Source: Guillardia theta CCMP2712
Taxonomy: Eukaryota; Protista; Cryptophyta
Direction: 5' to 3'
Assembly: GCF_000315625.1 (NCBI RefSeq)
Contig: NW_005434528.1
Span: forward strand, 98,230-162,229
Length of the DNA: 64,000 nt
Positions 42,923 to 57,235 of the stretch are shown here, one piece after another. Below the pieces are notes generated by a model, which was not told where the DNA came from, did no database searches, and was given only the letters and a program-made list of their open reading frames with translations. The translations under genes and the position numbers were made by a program. Within the stretch, counting starts at the first letter, position 1, and the number at the start of each line of letters is the position of its first letter.

Positions 42923-45799
42923 GCGCTGATCCCGTCGGAGCGGACCTATCTCCTCAGTCATTGGGCCCAGGCAGATTTCGAGGTTAAATGCCCGACCAGT
43001 CATTGAAAGGGCAGCCATCAAAGGGGTAGGGTGGTGGCTTTGAGGTCCCCTTCTCCACCCACGAGTTGCACCTAGATACCAGGGGTCCTATCTGGTCGAA
43101 TTGCATCTGGGAGGGGTGGTGTAGAGGTAGAGGGTGACTTCTATCACGGTTGGTAGTCCTCAAGAGGGGACCAGGGGTGGGTACCGGTAGGTACTCGCTG
43201 TTAAGTTGGCGCTGGTTGATGGGGGGTGGGGGTGGAGAGGCGCATTGTTGGAGTATGCGAAGAGTCATGATGACCCCACCCCCTCAACCCCCTCCTCAAA
43301 TGCGCCTCAAGCATCGAAACTTCGACCCACCTACCCCTCACTTGAGCCTTCACAGTCAACTTTACAGTCACGGAGTTGTGCTCAGTGAGGGGTAGGGTCG
43401 GGGGTCGCTCCCGACCCTCTACCACCCCCCCTCCTCCTCAACTTTGCTTCTATGATGATCCGTTGTGGCCCCAGACCCTACCCCCTCTTGTCCACCTCAA
43501 CTGTAGGAGCCCCACCCCCTCCATGACAATCCCGAGCCCCCTGGCACCATGACCAGTCAATTTTCTCACGTACTCTTGCCAAGGACAAAGTCAGTAGTAA
43601 ATTTCTCCCTCCCCCTCTACCTGTGGAACGCTAGCGACTCCTGTCATCACCTGCCTCGAGCACCCACCTCGAGATCTGTTCTTGACAAGTACCGTGACAT
43701 CGCACAAGGGGTTAGCCGGAGCAGACGCCGGGCTGCAAAGCGGGCCAGGCCGAACTTCATGATCACTTCTCATACGACTGAGACAAGTGACTTGAGCGCT
43801 AGTGACCTCGAACTATTAGTGACAAATGGTTCTTCGATGGTTGACGCGGAGGCAATCAAAGTATATTTTCAGAGTTTAGATCACTTACTAGAGGATTCTA
43901 GCGAAGAGCATGTTTTAGACATCGGCATTGGGATAATCCCAGCCAGATCTGCTTCATTAGATAATGATAATGATAGATCACATTTGATCCCATCGCAAGA
44001 TACATATCATGAACAAAGTGATTCTTTTCTGACTTACGGGTGACATCTCGGGCATTCCGATGTAACACCATGCAAATCCCATATTTCAGCTGCTAGCAGA
44101 GACAAGCTCCTCCAGGCCCTCGACATGCCCCGGTCATCTGAAGCGCGACTCTTGTTTGATGATCTGCTGTCTCTGTACATTCGTCGGGTATGAAAATATT
44201 TGCATTCTCTCTACCAACTTGATAAGTACCATCAGCTGCTGCTGCATCCTGGTGGAACTCAAACATGGCACTACCTGCAAGCTCGATAAGAGGTGGGGGG
44301 CTGGCACTGTTCTTCACATTCCAATGCTGGGTAATCAACATTTGTTGCTGTATGCATGGTTGGATGTATGCAGTTCAACCTCCTGCAAATGCAGCAAGAA
44401 TGTGATCAGAATGCAGATCGTCTCGGCGCAACAGAAGTCCATGACGATCGTTGTGAAGTGCATGCTCCATCCTAGTAATCACGCATGGCATCGCAAGGAT
44501 GACACTTTTCGCATGTTCTCTCTTCAAGATCGTCCTGCAGGCACGTACGGTATTCGGCGCATGCTCTGTCAGCTCAAGGCGTCCCTGCCCTCCCCTGCCC
44601 TCGTCCTCCTCCTCCCCGCCCCCACCCCTTCCTGACCTTCCCCCGCCCTGTAGTAACTTTCTCAATAAACTTTACTCAACTGGGAAGACCTGAAGTGCCC
44701 GTCACATCTCCGTAATTTAACTCAACTCTCCGATTTCTTTGTAATTTAACTCAACTTTGAGTAAAAGGGCTGACGGTAGTACCGGACGATGATGCTTCGG
44801 AAAGATAATTACGGAGTACTGAACGGCTCCAGCCCCGGCCCGGGGGCCCGGGGGCCCGTCCCCGGTCCCTGCCGAAGCGCACCGGCCTCGGACTCGGGAC
44901 TGATAGCCACCTTGAGAAGAGACTGACATGACACTGATCTCAGACCTCAACTCGTGTCAGACTGGACCCCTCCTACTCTCCTTCCGTCTTTCCTAGCTCA
45001 CGTCCTCTGAGACTCATCATAACCTCAACCCCTGTCAACGTGTTCGATGTTCTCGGATGCCCGATTGACCTCTTGTGGGAGCTGGTGAAGTCCTGCTGGA
45101 GGAAGGACCCCTCCATCAGGCCCAAGTGCTGACTCAAACTTGGACCTGGTGTGACCTGCCGAGCTGCCCAAAAGGTTGGAGGCAGGTAGTTTGAAAACTG
45201 CAGCCAATGCGAGCAGAAGAAAAGCAAACACCAAGACGACATTCAACTTGATGAAGGGGCGCAGCGAGTTCAACGAGGCAAAGTCAGTGCATCTGAAGAT
45301 GGATCAATGTGCGGGTGGGATCTGCATAATTGTATTTCTTCTTTCTCTCCTCTTCTCCAACGATGCAAACATTATCCGAGATGTTGTCAACTTTGCTGTA
45401 AGGCAGCCATGGCAGCAAGACTGGCAATGTACTACATCTAAACAGCCAAAACTTGACAACCTCAACCAAAAGAATCAAGTACATCATGACTGACATCAAG
45501 AAAGATCCCAACAATCCTCCTCTAATACATTGCAGATTCCGAGAAATCATTCGAATGGAACCCTTGCCTCTCTTCTCGAAGAACCTACTTCACTTTAAAA
45601 GCACACAACCTTTTAAAAAACACGATGCAGAGACACATGGACAAAGAGCATGTCCAGCGTTCCTGAACTTGAGCAGGCCTCTGATTCATGGTTGTCCCAG
45701 GTACAGGAAACTGGCTGTCCGCTCAATCGAAAGGTGATTTGTGAGAGATTCTTCATATTACATTCTGTTTGTGATGATGACGCCTCTTCAGGATCACAT

Positions 45800-46640
45800 T
45801 CTCCATCAGCGAGGAAACAAGAGAATGGGACAGGAGTCGACATCACTCTGGATGCAGTAAAAATGCACTTGAAGTCTGTAACAGGTAGTCCTCTCATTGT
45901 TCAGACATGTACCTTAATACCTTGCAAAGGTTTGCGATCACTGTCTTGAGACGATCGCCACCCTGATTTTCAAGAGCGAGGAGAGCAAGATAAGCTTCGG
46001 TAATCCTGCAAATCCACAAAATCGACGATGTCGGAAAGATCTTAACTGCCATGCAGAGGTTTCGCACAGACAACGACGTCATCGCCAACTGCAGCCTGGC
46101 TCTCTCCAACATCGCGACATGCTGCGGCACATCGCGCGACTTCGTAGGTTGAGGTGGCATTCAAACTTTGCTTGATTGAATGACAAGATTTCCGTCTAAC
46201 GTCCTTGTCCTTTCTCGCGCTTGAAAAGCCATTGGGAACCTGGCGACTCAGCGAGGTTTCAAGAGAGCCTTCTCTCAGTGCGGGGTATTCGCGGCAGTCA
46301 TCCAGGGGATGAGGAACATGCTGGAAGTGCAGAAGGCTCAGATCAGCGGCTATCGCGCCCTCCTCAACCTTGCGTACGACGAGGAGAACAAACGGCTCAT
46401 CTTCGAGGACGGCGGTACAGACCTGATTCTGTCCTCCATGCAGCAGCACGCCGGCAGCACCAGGGTGCATATGTTCGGGTGTTTGGAGCTGCACCAGATG
46501 ATCTTCAAGAACGAGACGGTGAGGAGGCGCGTGCAAAGCAGTGGGGAAACGGAGTTGATCGCAAGAGCTGTTCAAGATCATGCGTAGGATTCTTCCCTGC
46601 TTGTATTGCCCTTGTATCCCTGTTTGCTGCGTAACGGTGT
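45800..46640 (+). pseudogene. Armadillo-repeat protein, probably decayed
   Basis: ILTAMQRFRTDNDVIANCSLALSNIA, GYRALLNLAYDEENKRLIFEDGGTDLILSSMQQH and VHMFGC; in-frame stops near 46150-46180. Confidence 0.55.
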
Positions 46641-47231
46641 TTGACAGGCTCTGTGCGTTCCTGCCCAACAAATTCTTGCACAAGCCTAGCAGCGACTTGT
46701 TGTTTCTCCCTTGTACTATCAGAAGCCCCTAACCTTATCTCACCCTGCCACTTTATCTTGTTCGCCAGCATGCTAATAGTAGTTAGAGGGCTCCTCTCCC
46801 AGTCTTATCTCGTCAACCACGCTCCTCTGAAGAGAGAGGGAGTCAGAGAAAGGGAGAGAGAGAAAGAGAGGAGGAGTTTTTTAGAGTAGGAGGGAGAACG
46901 AGAAGGAGAGAGAGAAAAAGGCAGGGGGTTGCGGAGGCAGTAGTGAAAAAGGGAGGAAGGGAGAAAGAGAGGGAAGGAAAAATTGGTTGCTCAGATTAGG
47001 GGAAAAGAGAAGGTAGAGGAGTGAGAGGAGAGGAGGAATGGAAATCTGTTGAGGAGATGAACGAAGGAGACAGAGATGGTTTCCTATCTCCTTGTCTCCC
47101 TCAAGCCTTCCACCCGCTCCCCCACCCCCTCTCTCCCCCCACAGTGCTGCCACAGTGTTCCACTTTCCGTCGTGACCCTACCCCTTCTTGATTACCCTAC
47201 CTGTCTTTAGAAATCAATTTGGTTTTCTCTA

Positions 47232-47792
<561 letters not shown>

Positions 47793-48140
47793 TCAAACAG
47801 ATCAACTTGTTTTGTGCTTTCTGAACAGAGTTGTATTTCTTCTCTCTGCCTTTCTTTCCTTCTATTCTCTTCACTTCTCTTCACTGCTTCACTCTTCCTC
47901 CCTTCTTCCCGCATTTACTTCTTTCTCTGCTCAGCGTCTTTCACTATCCACTCCGCTCCTTATTCCTCCTTGTTCCTCCTCCTCCCTCTAGGAGAGGAGG
48001 AAAAAGGAAAAGGGAGAGAGAGAGGAGGAAGAAGAAAGATAGGAGGAGAGAGGAGGAGAGAGGAGGTGGAGAGGAGGAGGAAGGATGAGGAAGGATGAGG
48101 GAGGAGGAGGAGCAGGGAGAGAAGGGCTTGGCACAAAAGT

Positions 48141-49451
48141 TCACGTGTTGATGTAATACCCAGCGATGTAGCTCTCGACAGCCCGATCATTTCCATACCT
48201 TATATTCATGACGGAGAGCACTTGATACTTGTACCCTTCGAGCAGTGTACTCTCTCTGCCCCATCTGCTCCTCAGGAACCTCAGAGCAGCAGCAACGAAC
48301 TGCTCGTGCAGTCGCTCTGGCAACACCTTGGCATCAAAGTCGACAGCATGGAGGTACGACTCAACACTGTCGTAGAAGATGGGGTCCATTGAAGCACTCT
48401 TGCTCCTCGTTTCCCTCTCCTGTGCTGATCTCACATCATAGGCCGAGCAGTCCTGCTCGCTCTTGACCGGAGCCTGCCAGCCGCCGAAGAACCCGCGGAA
48501 GTCCGGGTCCTTGAACGCCAACCATCCCTTGCCAGCCTTTTCGATGAAGGAGACGAGCCGCGGGCTGCTGTGGACCCTAGAGTTGATCATGGAGCAGAGG
48601 TACAAGCAGGCGAAGACCTCGTGCACATGCAGCGGGGTGTGGTAGAAGAACTCGTCGAACGAAGCCTTGAAGACTCTCCTTCTTGGTGGAGCGAACCAGT
48701 CTTGCAGCTCCCTGCTCTGCTCTCCGTCTTGGAATGCCGCCCTCACCATGCTCTCAAGTTCCTCTTGGTTTTCGAAGAGATGTGACATGGAGCACAGGGG
48801 GATCGAATGGCTCTCAATGAATTTGGACTCGAGAGAACCCCTCCGGATGGTTTGTACAGACTCGACTGAGCTTGTGCATAGATGTTCCTTTGAGCTGTAA
48901 TGAATCGTAACCATTCCCAGAGTCGGAATCTGTCCTCTGATAGTCTGGAACGAGGTAACGGTGAAGATATTACGAAGGCTCATGTTACACTGCAAGGCGT
49001 TCCAACCGTCCTTGAGCAGAGAGGACACAAGGATGCACCACACGTGAGTCTTGTGCAAGGAACCCTCTTGATTCAACAACTCGAGCATAGCGACAAGTGT
49101 CTCTAAGAAGCCGTAGAGGCTACATACCTTTGCTTCACGCAGCCAGTTCCGGTTCAACGTCAGAAAGCTGTATGTGTGGATTTGCCAGCATAGAGCAGGG
49201 CTCTGCTTGATTGCCTTATCCAGACATGCATTAAACTCCTCCTCATTCATCTTCAGGACGTTCCTTCCCAAGACGTCATAGAGGGGAATGTTCTTGAGGG
49301 AGCGGAGGGAAGCATCCTGGTCATGAGGCTTGAGGTGCTCATGCATCCAAGGATCATTGTGAACAAGACTGTCACGAGTCGCCTTCAAACCACACTTCTC
49401 CTTCAGCTTCTCCCCCAGGGAGGGCGAAAACTCTAACACATCCACCTGCAT
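48141..49451 (-). CDS. Hypothetical protein (436 aa)
   Basis: Long non-repetitive ORF with plausible composition; no motif recognised; ends could be altered by splicing. Confidence 0.55.
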   Translation of the reverse strand: MQVDVLEFSPSLGEKLKEKCGLKATRDSLVHNDPWMHEHLKPHDQDASLRSLKNIPLYDVLGRNVLKMNEEEFNACLDKAIKQSPALCWQIHTYSFLTLNRNWLREAKVCSLYGFLETLVAMLELLNQEGSLHKTHVWCILVSSLLKDGWNALQCNMSLRNIFTVTSFQTIRGQIPTLGMVTIHYSSKEHLCTSSVESVQTIRRGSLESKFIESHSIPLCSMSHLFENQEELESMVRAAFQDGEQSRELQDWFAPPRRRVFKASFDEFFYHTPLHVHEVFACLYLCSMINSRVHSSPRLVSFIEKAGKGWLAFKDPDFRGFFGGWQAPVKSEQDCSAYDVRSAQERETRSKSASMDPIFYDSVESYLHAVDFDAKVLPERLHEQFVAAALRFLRSRWGRESTLLEGYKYQVLSVMNIRYGNDRAVESYIAGYYINT

Positions 49452-51081
49452 TGCCAGCCCGGGAATCTGGAGGGCAACTTGCCAAAAGCGGTATGGCTAA
49501 GGCAGAAAAACGGTCCACTTACCAAACGGGAGTCCCGGAGTCCGGGCCTTTCAACTCGCCGAGTCGCCCGGACCTTGCCGCATGCCGGGCCCAGGACAGC
49601 CTCCACCAAATTGCTAGGTATCTCCTTAATTGGTATCTGCTGCCCCCAATTTTGACTTACCCCCCATCCCACTCGAGGCTCCTACCCCCCCGTTCACACA
49701 AAAAGTACCCCCTGTTTTCGCAGAGTCTTCTACCCCTTGTTCGAGGAAATTCTCTTTGGGACCTTGACTGAAAACTTTTACTCATCCACGATTCAAAAAA
49801 AAAGGTGTGCACCCCTCACTCCTTGGACCCCCATTCTGATCACCCCTACCCTCACCTTCACTACCCCCACCCTTTGTTTTTGAATCAAATTCAAATTTTC
49901 CATGGACCTACCCGTGATTCTAGCCAGTTACATGTTATGAAGCCACCCCTACCTGTGGCAATATTGCTGTGAACTGTACCCTACCCTGTCGACACTCCCT
50001 CTGAATCGTACCCCTACAATCCAACACCCCCACCCCACCCCATTGGGCACACGCTGCCTCCTCCCGCCCTTCCCGCTCCTCTTCCATGCTGCCGCTCTGT
50101 AGCTTGCAGCCAACTTCGCATGCCATCCTACACCTTCCGGAGAGGATCTAGAGCATCAGAACAGCTCCTTCATATTCTACTTGCTTCCCCCTCCTCCTTG
50201 ACCTCCTCCCTCCATTCTCAGCCCCTCCATGCTCCCATACCCCTAGCGCACTGCGGCTGGTTTGGTCAGGTTTTGAAATAGGGGAGAGGGAAATTCTGCA
50301 GGATTGCGCGAGGTTATCATGCGAACATCTTAATATTCTCTTGATTTAAACATCATTTCCATGTTTGCAAACAACATAGCATCATACAGCATGTTGTAAA
50401 ATATCCATTCACTTTCAAATTGCCATGCAGTTCAAATTTTTACGTGGTTTGTTTTGTACATGTCTTTGCGAAGTGATGATATTTTGATTCTTGCTCTACA
50501 TATTGATGATGTATATATTTTATGACCGTGTGTACTACTCATCTGCTTTGTTTTCCTACGCTATGTTCTAGTCCACCCTGTGATTAGCCAAATCCTTCGG
50601 CAGCATTTGGAGCGATGATGTAATTTTTACATGTTCACCAGCCATATTTCCTTGAAACCAGCTCGTGCTGTGTGGTTTTTCGTGAACAAAGCCAATTCTT
50701 CATATATTTCGGTTATGCTTCACTTGGAGTTGTAGCTTTCATACACAGACTGTGCTGTCCTTCATTTTACTCGCTTAATATCCGTCTCTATTCCGTGCTT
50801 TTCGTTTTTCATATTTTACAAGATTTGCGGACAAAGATTAATTTTCGATTGTATCATCATGTTGCTTCCATTCCTGATATCTCGTCTGAACAGACTCGCA
50901 AGTTCCCTAACCTGCAAGATTGTTCGAAGCAAACGCGCTGCTGTTCAGGGCTAGCTATACTCGCTTGTCAATGCCCCGCCACTGTGAGAGCCTGTTCGTC
51001 CGCAGATAGATAAGGCGGATCGGTGTTTTTCAAGGCAAAGGAGGTGGTTGAAAGGAGCAGCGCTCTTGCTGTGACCTGGCA

Positions 51082-54000
51082 ATGTCGTCGGAACTCGAGA
51101 AGCTCCTTGATTTTGGATCACCTCTAGATGTTGCCCTTCTCGATCAGGTCAGGCTGGACTCGTACTGGTTTCATATTCGAGATTTCTGAATCATGTGAGG
51201 ACAGGTGGTCATCGCGATGTACACTTGTAGGGATGAAGCTCAAAGGAAACAAATCAATGCCTTCATGACGGCATTTCAGGTTAGTTGACGGCCTCCTTAC
51301 GTTCTTGCATGGCATCGTTATGTTTTGCCTTTGTTGACGGATGATGGTCAGGAACATCCGCAGGCTTGGACCAGGGTTGACACAATCTTGGAGCAGACCC
51401 AGTGCGATCAGAGCCGATTCTTTGTACTTTGATGTTTTTATGATGACTTTGATCTCATGATGTGCACAGGCTCTTGCAACCCTCGAGACATGTGTGAAAC
51501 AGCGATGGAAGGTACCGGTTTTAGCTTGACCCTCCATCGCTTGACAATGTGGACAGGTGCTTCCACAAGATCAGCGAGAGGCCATCAAGGCCTACATTGT
51601 GAATGTGATTGTGAGGTGTGTTTCTCAATCATGTTGAACTCATGATCTTTCCACTCACTCGTGTACACCAGGTATTCGAGCGATGAAGCGACTCTTGTGC
51701 GAACAAAGACGCAGCTTGGAAAATTGAACTTGATTCTCGTCCAGGTGTGTTTCGCAAGGTGTGTCCGTTTTGGCTCACTCCATCCTTTTTTGTTGCAACA
51801 AAGATTCTCAAGCAAGAATGGCCCCACAATTGGAAGGACTTCATTCCCCAGATTGTAGAATCGGGCAAGACGAACGAAACTCTTTGTGGAAACAACATGC
51901 AGATTCTCAAGCTCTTGAGCGAAGAAGTTTTCGAGTTTTCCCTGAAGCAGCTCACCTCGAAGAAGATTGATGATCTCAAAGAAAGGCTCACACAGGAGTT
52001 CGAGTTGATCTATCAACTCTGCGAGTTTGTGATGCAGAATGCTAAGAATGTCATCACGTTGCAAGTAAGCAGAGGAAGTGTGAGGATGGCATGAACTCAC
52101 TCCATTTGTCCCAGACTACCTTACAGTGCTTCCTCCGATTCTTGTTCTGGGTTCCGCTCTACTACGTCTTTGAAACTCCCTTGATCGAGATGCTCCTGCA
52201 CAAGGTTGGATAGAATCTGTCTCGATGTCTCATGTCTGACGGGGAGGTTTCAAGTTTTTTCCACAACCGCAGTTCAGGAGCGACGCTCTGCAGTGTTTGA
52301 CTGAGATCGCCGTGATCGAGCCCAAGGGTATTGATCCACGCTACCACCCCAAGATCCAGAAGACATATGCCGATTTCATCACAAACCTCAGCAACATCGT
52401 TCAACCCAACGCAATCAAGCAATATTATGAGGAGGTAATCACGATTGAACCTGCTTGCCGTGAATTCTGACGTGGGATCCGTTACTCAGGGAGAATCTGG
52501 CGAGGAGTTCGTGCAGCGCTTGACCTTGTTCCTGTGTACAATTTTGAAGACGCACATTGGCATTCTGGAGACTCAGGAACTAGTTCCATACTTGATTCAG
52601 GGGTTGCAGTACTTGGTCTTCATCTCCGAGGTCGATGATGACGAGATCTTCAAGATTTGTACAGAATATTGGAACTTTCTTGCCGACGACCTCTACCACA
52701 AAGAAGTTCTCCTGCAGAGAATGCCCATCCCTACGTTCTGCCAGCTCATGCCGAACCAGAATCCACGTCTTCAGACATACGCTCCAATCCTCACTGAGGT
52801 GCGGCGCATCCTGATCGAGAGGATGCCGAAGCCCGAGGAGGTGCTGGTGGTAGAGGACGAGAACGGGCAGGTCGTCAAGGAGCATCTCAAGGACGTCGAG
52901 GTAGTGGCTCTGCACAAGACTGTCCGTGAAACCTTGGTCTACCTGACCCACCTTGACCACCAGCAGACAGAGGAGATCATGATCGAGAAGTTAGGGCTGC
53001 AGGTGCACCCGGCTCCGGGGGGCCCTGGGTGGTCACGTCAGGGCCTGAGCACTCTTTGCTGGGCGATCGGGTCGATATCAGGAGCGATGCGGGAGGACGA
53101 TGAGAAGAAATTCCTTGTACATGTGATCAAGGACCTGCTAGGGCTCTGCGAGATCGTCCGAGGGAAGGACAACAAGGCTGTGATCGCAAGCAATATCATG
53201 TATGTCGTCGGGCAGTACCCGCGGTTCCTCCGTGCGCACTGGAAGTTCTTGAAGACTGTTGTAAATAAGCTCTTTGAGTTCATGCACGAGACGCACCCTG
53301 GAGTCCAGGACATGGCGTGCGAGACGTTCCTCAAGATCTGCCAGCGCTGCAAGCAGCAGTTCGTCAAGCACCAGCCTCAGGAGCCAGCCCCTTTCATCGA
53401 CCAGCTCCTCATCGGCCCGCACTCCACGGTAGCTGACATCGGCTCGACCATCGCAGACCTTGAAGCGCATCAGATCAACATGTTCTACGAGGCCGTCGGG
53501 TACATCGTCGCCGCCGAGCTGACGCCGGAGCGACGGGACCAGATCGTGCAGGTGCTGTTCAAGATTCCGAACCAGCGGTGGACCCAGATCATTGGGAGCG
53601 CCATGCAGGATCCCAACTTGCTGCAGCAGCAGGAGACGATGAGGGAGATCGCCAAGGTGCTCCAGATCAACGTGCGGGTGTCAAGCTCGCTGGGGAACCC
53701 TTACATCATCCAGCTGGAGTACATCTTCGAGCGCATGCTGCAGGTGTACAAGATGTACTCGGAGCAGATCTCGCAGGCGGTCGTGGGCAACCCTCTGTCC
53801 GCCAAGACGTCCGGGGTGAGGCTGATGCGCGCGGTGAAGAGGGAGACGTTGAGGTTGATCGAGACGACGGTTGAGAAGAGCGAGGAGATGCCAAGGATCG
53901 TCGCCCACTTCGTTCCCCCGCTGGTGGACTACGTGCTGGCTGACTACCAGAGCAACCACCCGGAGACGAGAGACCCTGAAGTGCTGTCTGTCTTCGCTGC

Positions 54001-54959
54001 GATCATCCGCCGGGCCGGGGACTCCATCACCGATCAGGTGCCGAGGGTCCTGGGGGCCGTGTTCGAGTGTACGCTGGCGATGATCACGACCAACATGGAA
54101 GACTACCCGGAGCACCGGATCAACTTCTTCAACCTCCTCAAGGAGATCAATCATCACTGCTTCCGAGCCTTCTTCCAGGTCCCCGGGGAGGTCTTCAAGG
54201 TCCTCATCGACTCCATCGTCTGGGCCATCAAGCACAGGGAAAGGAACATCGCCGAGACCGGGCTGACGATCCTCCTGGAGATGCTCCGCAACCTCGACGG
54301 CCTGCAGGACATCGCTGCGCAGTTCTACGTCCAGTTCCTGCTGAACCTCCTCCACGAGATCTTCACCGTGCTCACGGACAAGGAGCACGAGCCAGGCTTT
54401 AAGCTCCAGTGCGCCATCCTGCAGCACATGATCTACCGGGTGATGGCTGGTGTCCCCAACACTCCTCTGTTTAACCCGTCGGAGTATCCGGGGGTCGCCG
54501 ACAACAAGTCCTTCGTCAAGCAGAAGCTGCTAGCGATGCTGTCGGAAGGGTTTTCAGAGCGCATGACGCAGAAGCAGCTGACCGAGTTCGTGGAGAACCT
54601 CTTCGGACCTGAGAAAGGTGAGCTTGCTACTCCCCCCTCCAACACACGCACGCACACCAGCGCTCCCCTCCCGCCATGTTCTAACTGTACCGCGCCAGAT
54701 ATCGCTGCTTTCCAGACTCTCGTGCGGGACTTCTTGATTCAGATCAAGGAGTATAGCAGCGACCAGTGGACCGACAGCTCGCTGGCGTTGCAGTTGGAGC
54801 AGGAGCAGAAGGAGGCTGAGCGCAAGCGGGTGACGCCATCTCGAGGCGCTGCTGCTTGGGCTGGCTGGCTGACCTCGTGGTGTGCAGGTTGAAGAAGCCA
54901 GGATGCAGAACGTCCCTGGCCTGATGCCTGTGATGCAGAGGGAGGAAGTTGACATGTAA
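51082..54959 (+). CDS. XPO1: Exportin-1 (CRM1), 11 short introns plus a possible 12th at the stop codon
   Basis: Manual splicing gives MSSELEKLLDF...QEHPQAWTRVDTILE...KLNLILVQILKQEWP. The long exon contains MPKPEEVLVVEDENG, LCWAIGSISGAM, DLLGLCE..RGKDNKAVIASNIMYVVGQYPRFLRAHWKFLKTVVNKLFEFMHE and DYPEHR. Confidence 0.97.
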
Positions 54960-55144
54960 GCGCTTGCCCTGACGGTGGTTGGCCCGCGTGCTGACATGCG
55001 GTGGTGCCCAGGTCGTGAGGGGGACGCGCTGGATGTCAAGGGGCCAGGGAAGGAGGATGGAGGAGGAAAAGCTCTTGCCTCCTGTAGCGCCTTGATGCCG
55101 CTATCGCAATCTCGTTTTGATGAATGAAGCCTGTAAGTATGAGC

Positions 55145-55625
55145 TGCCCCCGTCTCTCCCCCCCCCGTCTCCCCTCCTATCCTCCTTCAACTCCCTCCCT
55201 TCCCTACTTGCTTCTCTCTCCCTCCCTCCCTCCCTTTCTCCTTCCCTCACTCCCCCCCTTCCTCTCTCTCCCTTCCCCTCCCCTCCCTCTCTCCCTCACC
55301 TTCTCCTCCTTCCCACCCTTGCTTTGCCCTCCCTCTCTCCCTTCTCCTCCCCTCCCTCTCTCCTTTCCCTTCCCTTCCCCTCCCTTGCTCCCTCTCTCAC
55401 CCTTCCCCTGTCCTCCCTCTCTCCCTTTCCTTCTTCCTCCTTCTCTCCCTTACTTTCTCCTTCCCACCCTTGCCTTCCCCTCCCTCTCCCCCCTTCCACC
55501 TTCTCTCCTTCTTTCCATCCTTCGGATGAAGGGGGAGGGTCTGCAAGCACGAGAATCCCCTCCCCTCCCCTCCTCTCTCTTTCTCCTCTCCTATTTCATC
55601 TCCTCTCTTCCCCTCCCCGCCACTC
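55145..55625. repeat. Polypyrimidine low-complexity tract
   Basis: Nearly pure C/T on the + strand. Related purine or pyrimidine tracts lie at ~56330-56530, ~59027-59210 and ~62420-62700. Confidence 0.9.
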
Positions 55626-56330
55626 TTTCATCCTTTTCGAGGCATACCACTACCTCTTCCACAGAAACGGCACAGGCGCGAGGCGGTGGAGGAGGAAGGG
55701 AGAGGCAAGGCCGAGACAAGCATTTCATTGAGAGCTTCACAGGAGGTTGTGTACCGTTATCCACCTCATGTCTGATCACGACTCCGCTATCCTCCCCTTG
55801 CAGTAGAACCTACATCTCCCACAGTGTTGGATCCATCGTGTAGCTGTTCCAGCATGAAGGTCTTGCTGCAGATGCCCCTTCGACGTCATATGATGGATAT
55901 GGCGATTCCAGTTCTTGATAGCTGTACTTCCCTCTCTTTGTGAGCATAGCAATGACTACATCTCTATCGAGATCATAGAAGTAGCTCTCTCTTTCTACCT
56001 CATCATACCAGTATCTCGCTGTCTCTATCTCATCATACCAGTATCTCGCTCACCGTCATATCTGCTCTCCTCGTCCTCCCATTCCCTGTATAGTCGCCCT
56101 ACTCACCGCCTTCATAACGGTGGGGACCGTATATAAAATTGTTGCAGGTGTACGAAAGGTATTACCATTGTACATAATTTTAGGCAAATATATCCATATT
56201 TTATATAAAGTTTAAAACTATTTATACTATATATTTTATTATGTATGGAAATGAATACTTAAAATTATTCTAAGCGGTCACCATCGACCATCCTAGAGAG
56301 CACTTTGACAAGGACCTCTACCCCTTTCAA

Positions 56331-56409
<79 letters not shown>

Positions 56410-56615
56410 CTCGTCCTCGTCCTTGTCCTTGTCCTCGTCCCTTGCCTGCCCTTCCCTGCCCTGCCCTGCCCTGTCCTGCCCTGCCCTTCCCCTTTCTCCC
56501 TTTGCTTCCCTTCACTTCTCTCCCCTCACCTTCCATATTGATCGACTTGCTGTCGTCCTCGAAGATGAAGGGACCGTCGGAGGGAGGGCGGCGAGGGCTC
56601 GACGGTTTGACTAAA

Positions 56616-56826
56616 TCGAAAACCGGATCGTAAAGGATCTAGCCTGCTATCTTACTTGCAATCACAACAATCCCAATCATTGCATCATCATCGTTCTTAA
56701 CATGCCGATTTCAAAAGCTGCATCTTTGTCAGAATCGAACCATGTTTGCCGCAAGTCGCTTACGTTGCCATCGCATCGTGATATCTAGAATGCTGGTTAC
56801 TGTCGTCTTCTCATCCTGTCATATCA
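56616..56826. repeat. 211-bp direct repeat, copy 1
   Basis: TCGAAAACCGGATCGTAAAGG...TCATATCA recurs at 61694-61904 (offset 5078) with few mismatches. Confidence 0.95.
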
Positions 56827-57235
56827 CCTATCATATCTCGACATTGTTGTTATCCCTCTCTCCCTCCCTCCTCGTTCTCATCACCTCTTCCTCCTTCTCA
56901 TCATCATCATCATCATCATCATCACTCTTTTCCTCCTCCACCTTCTTTTCATCATCACACTTCCTCCTCCTTCTTCTCATCATCATCATCGTCAGCTCCT
57001 CCTGCTCGCAATCACTATTATCACCAGCTTTTCATTGACAATCATATGGTTGTCTGAGGGCAACATATCTAGAGCCGATTTGAACAATGCAATTAAGGAT
57101 TGTTCTTATGAAGCATTTGTTTCAATGCATGAAATAGATACATTTATCCCTGTACCCCGTACGTAAACTGATTCAGTATGGCACGTTGGCTTATTTTGGC
57201 GTGTATTTCAGTAATTTGCAGGCATCTAACTTCAT

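Noticed and set aside
1-43500. Endogenous giant virus or Polinton/virophage
   Set aside because: No capsid, packaging ATPase, family B polymerase or viral protease motif was seen, and no terminal repeats with a TSD.
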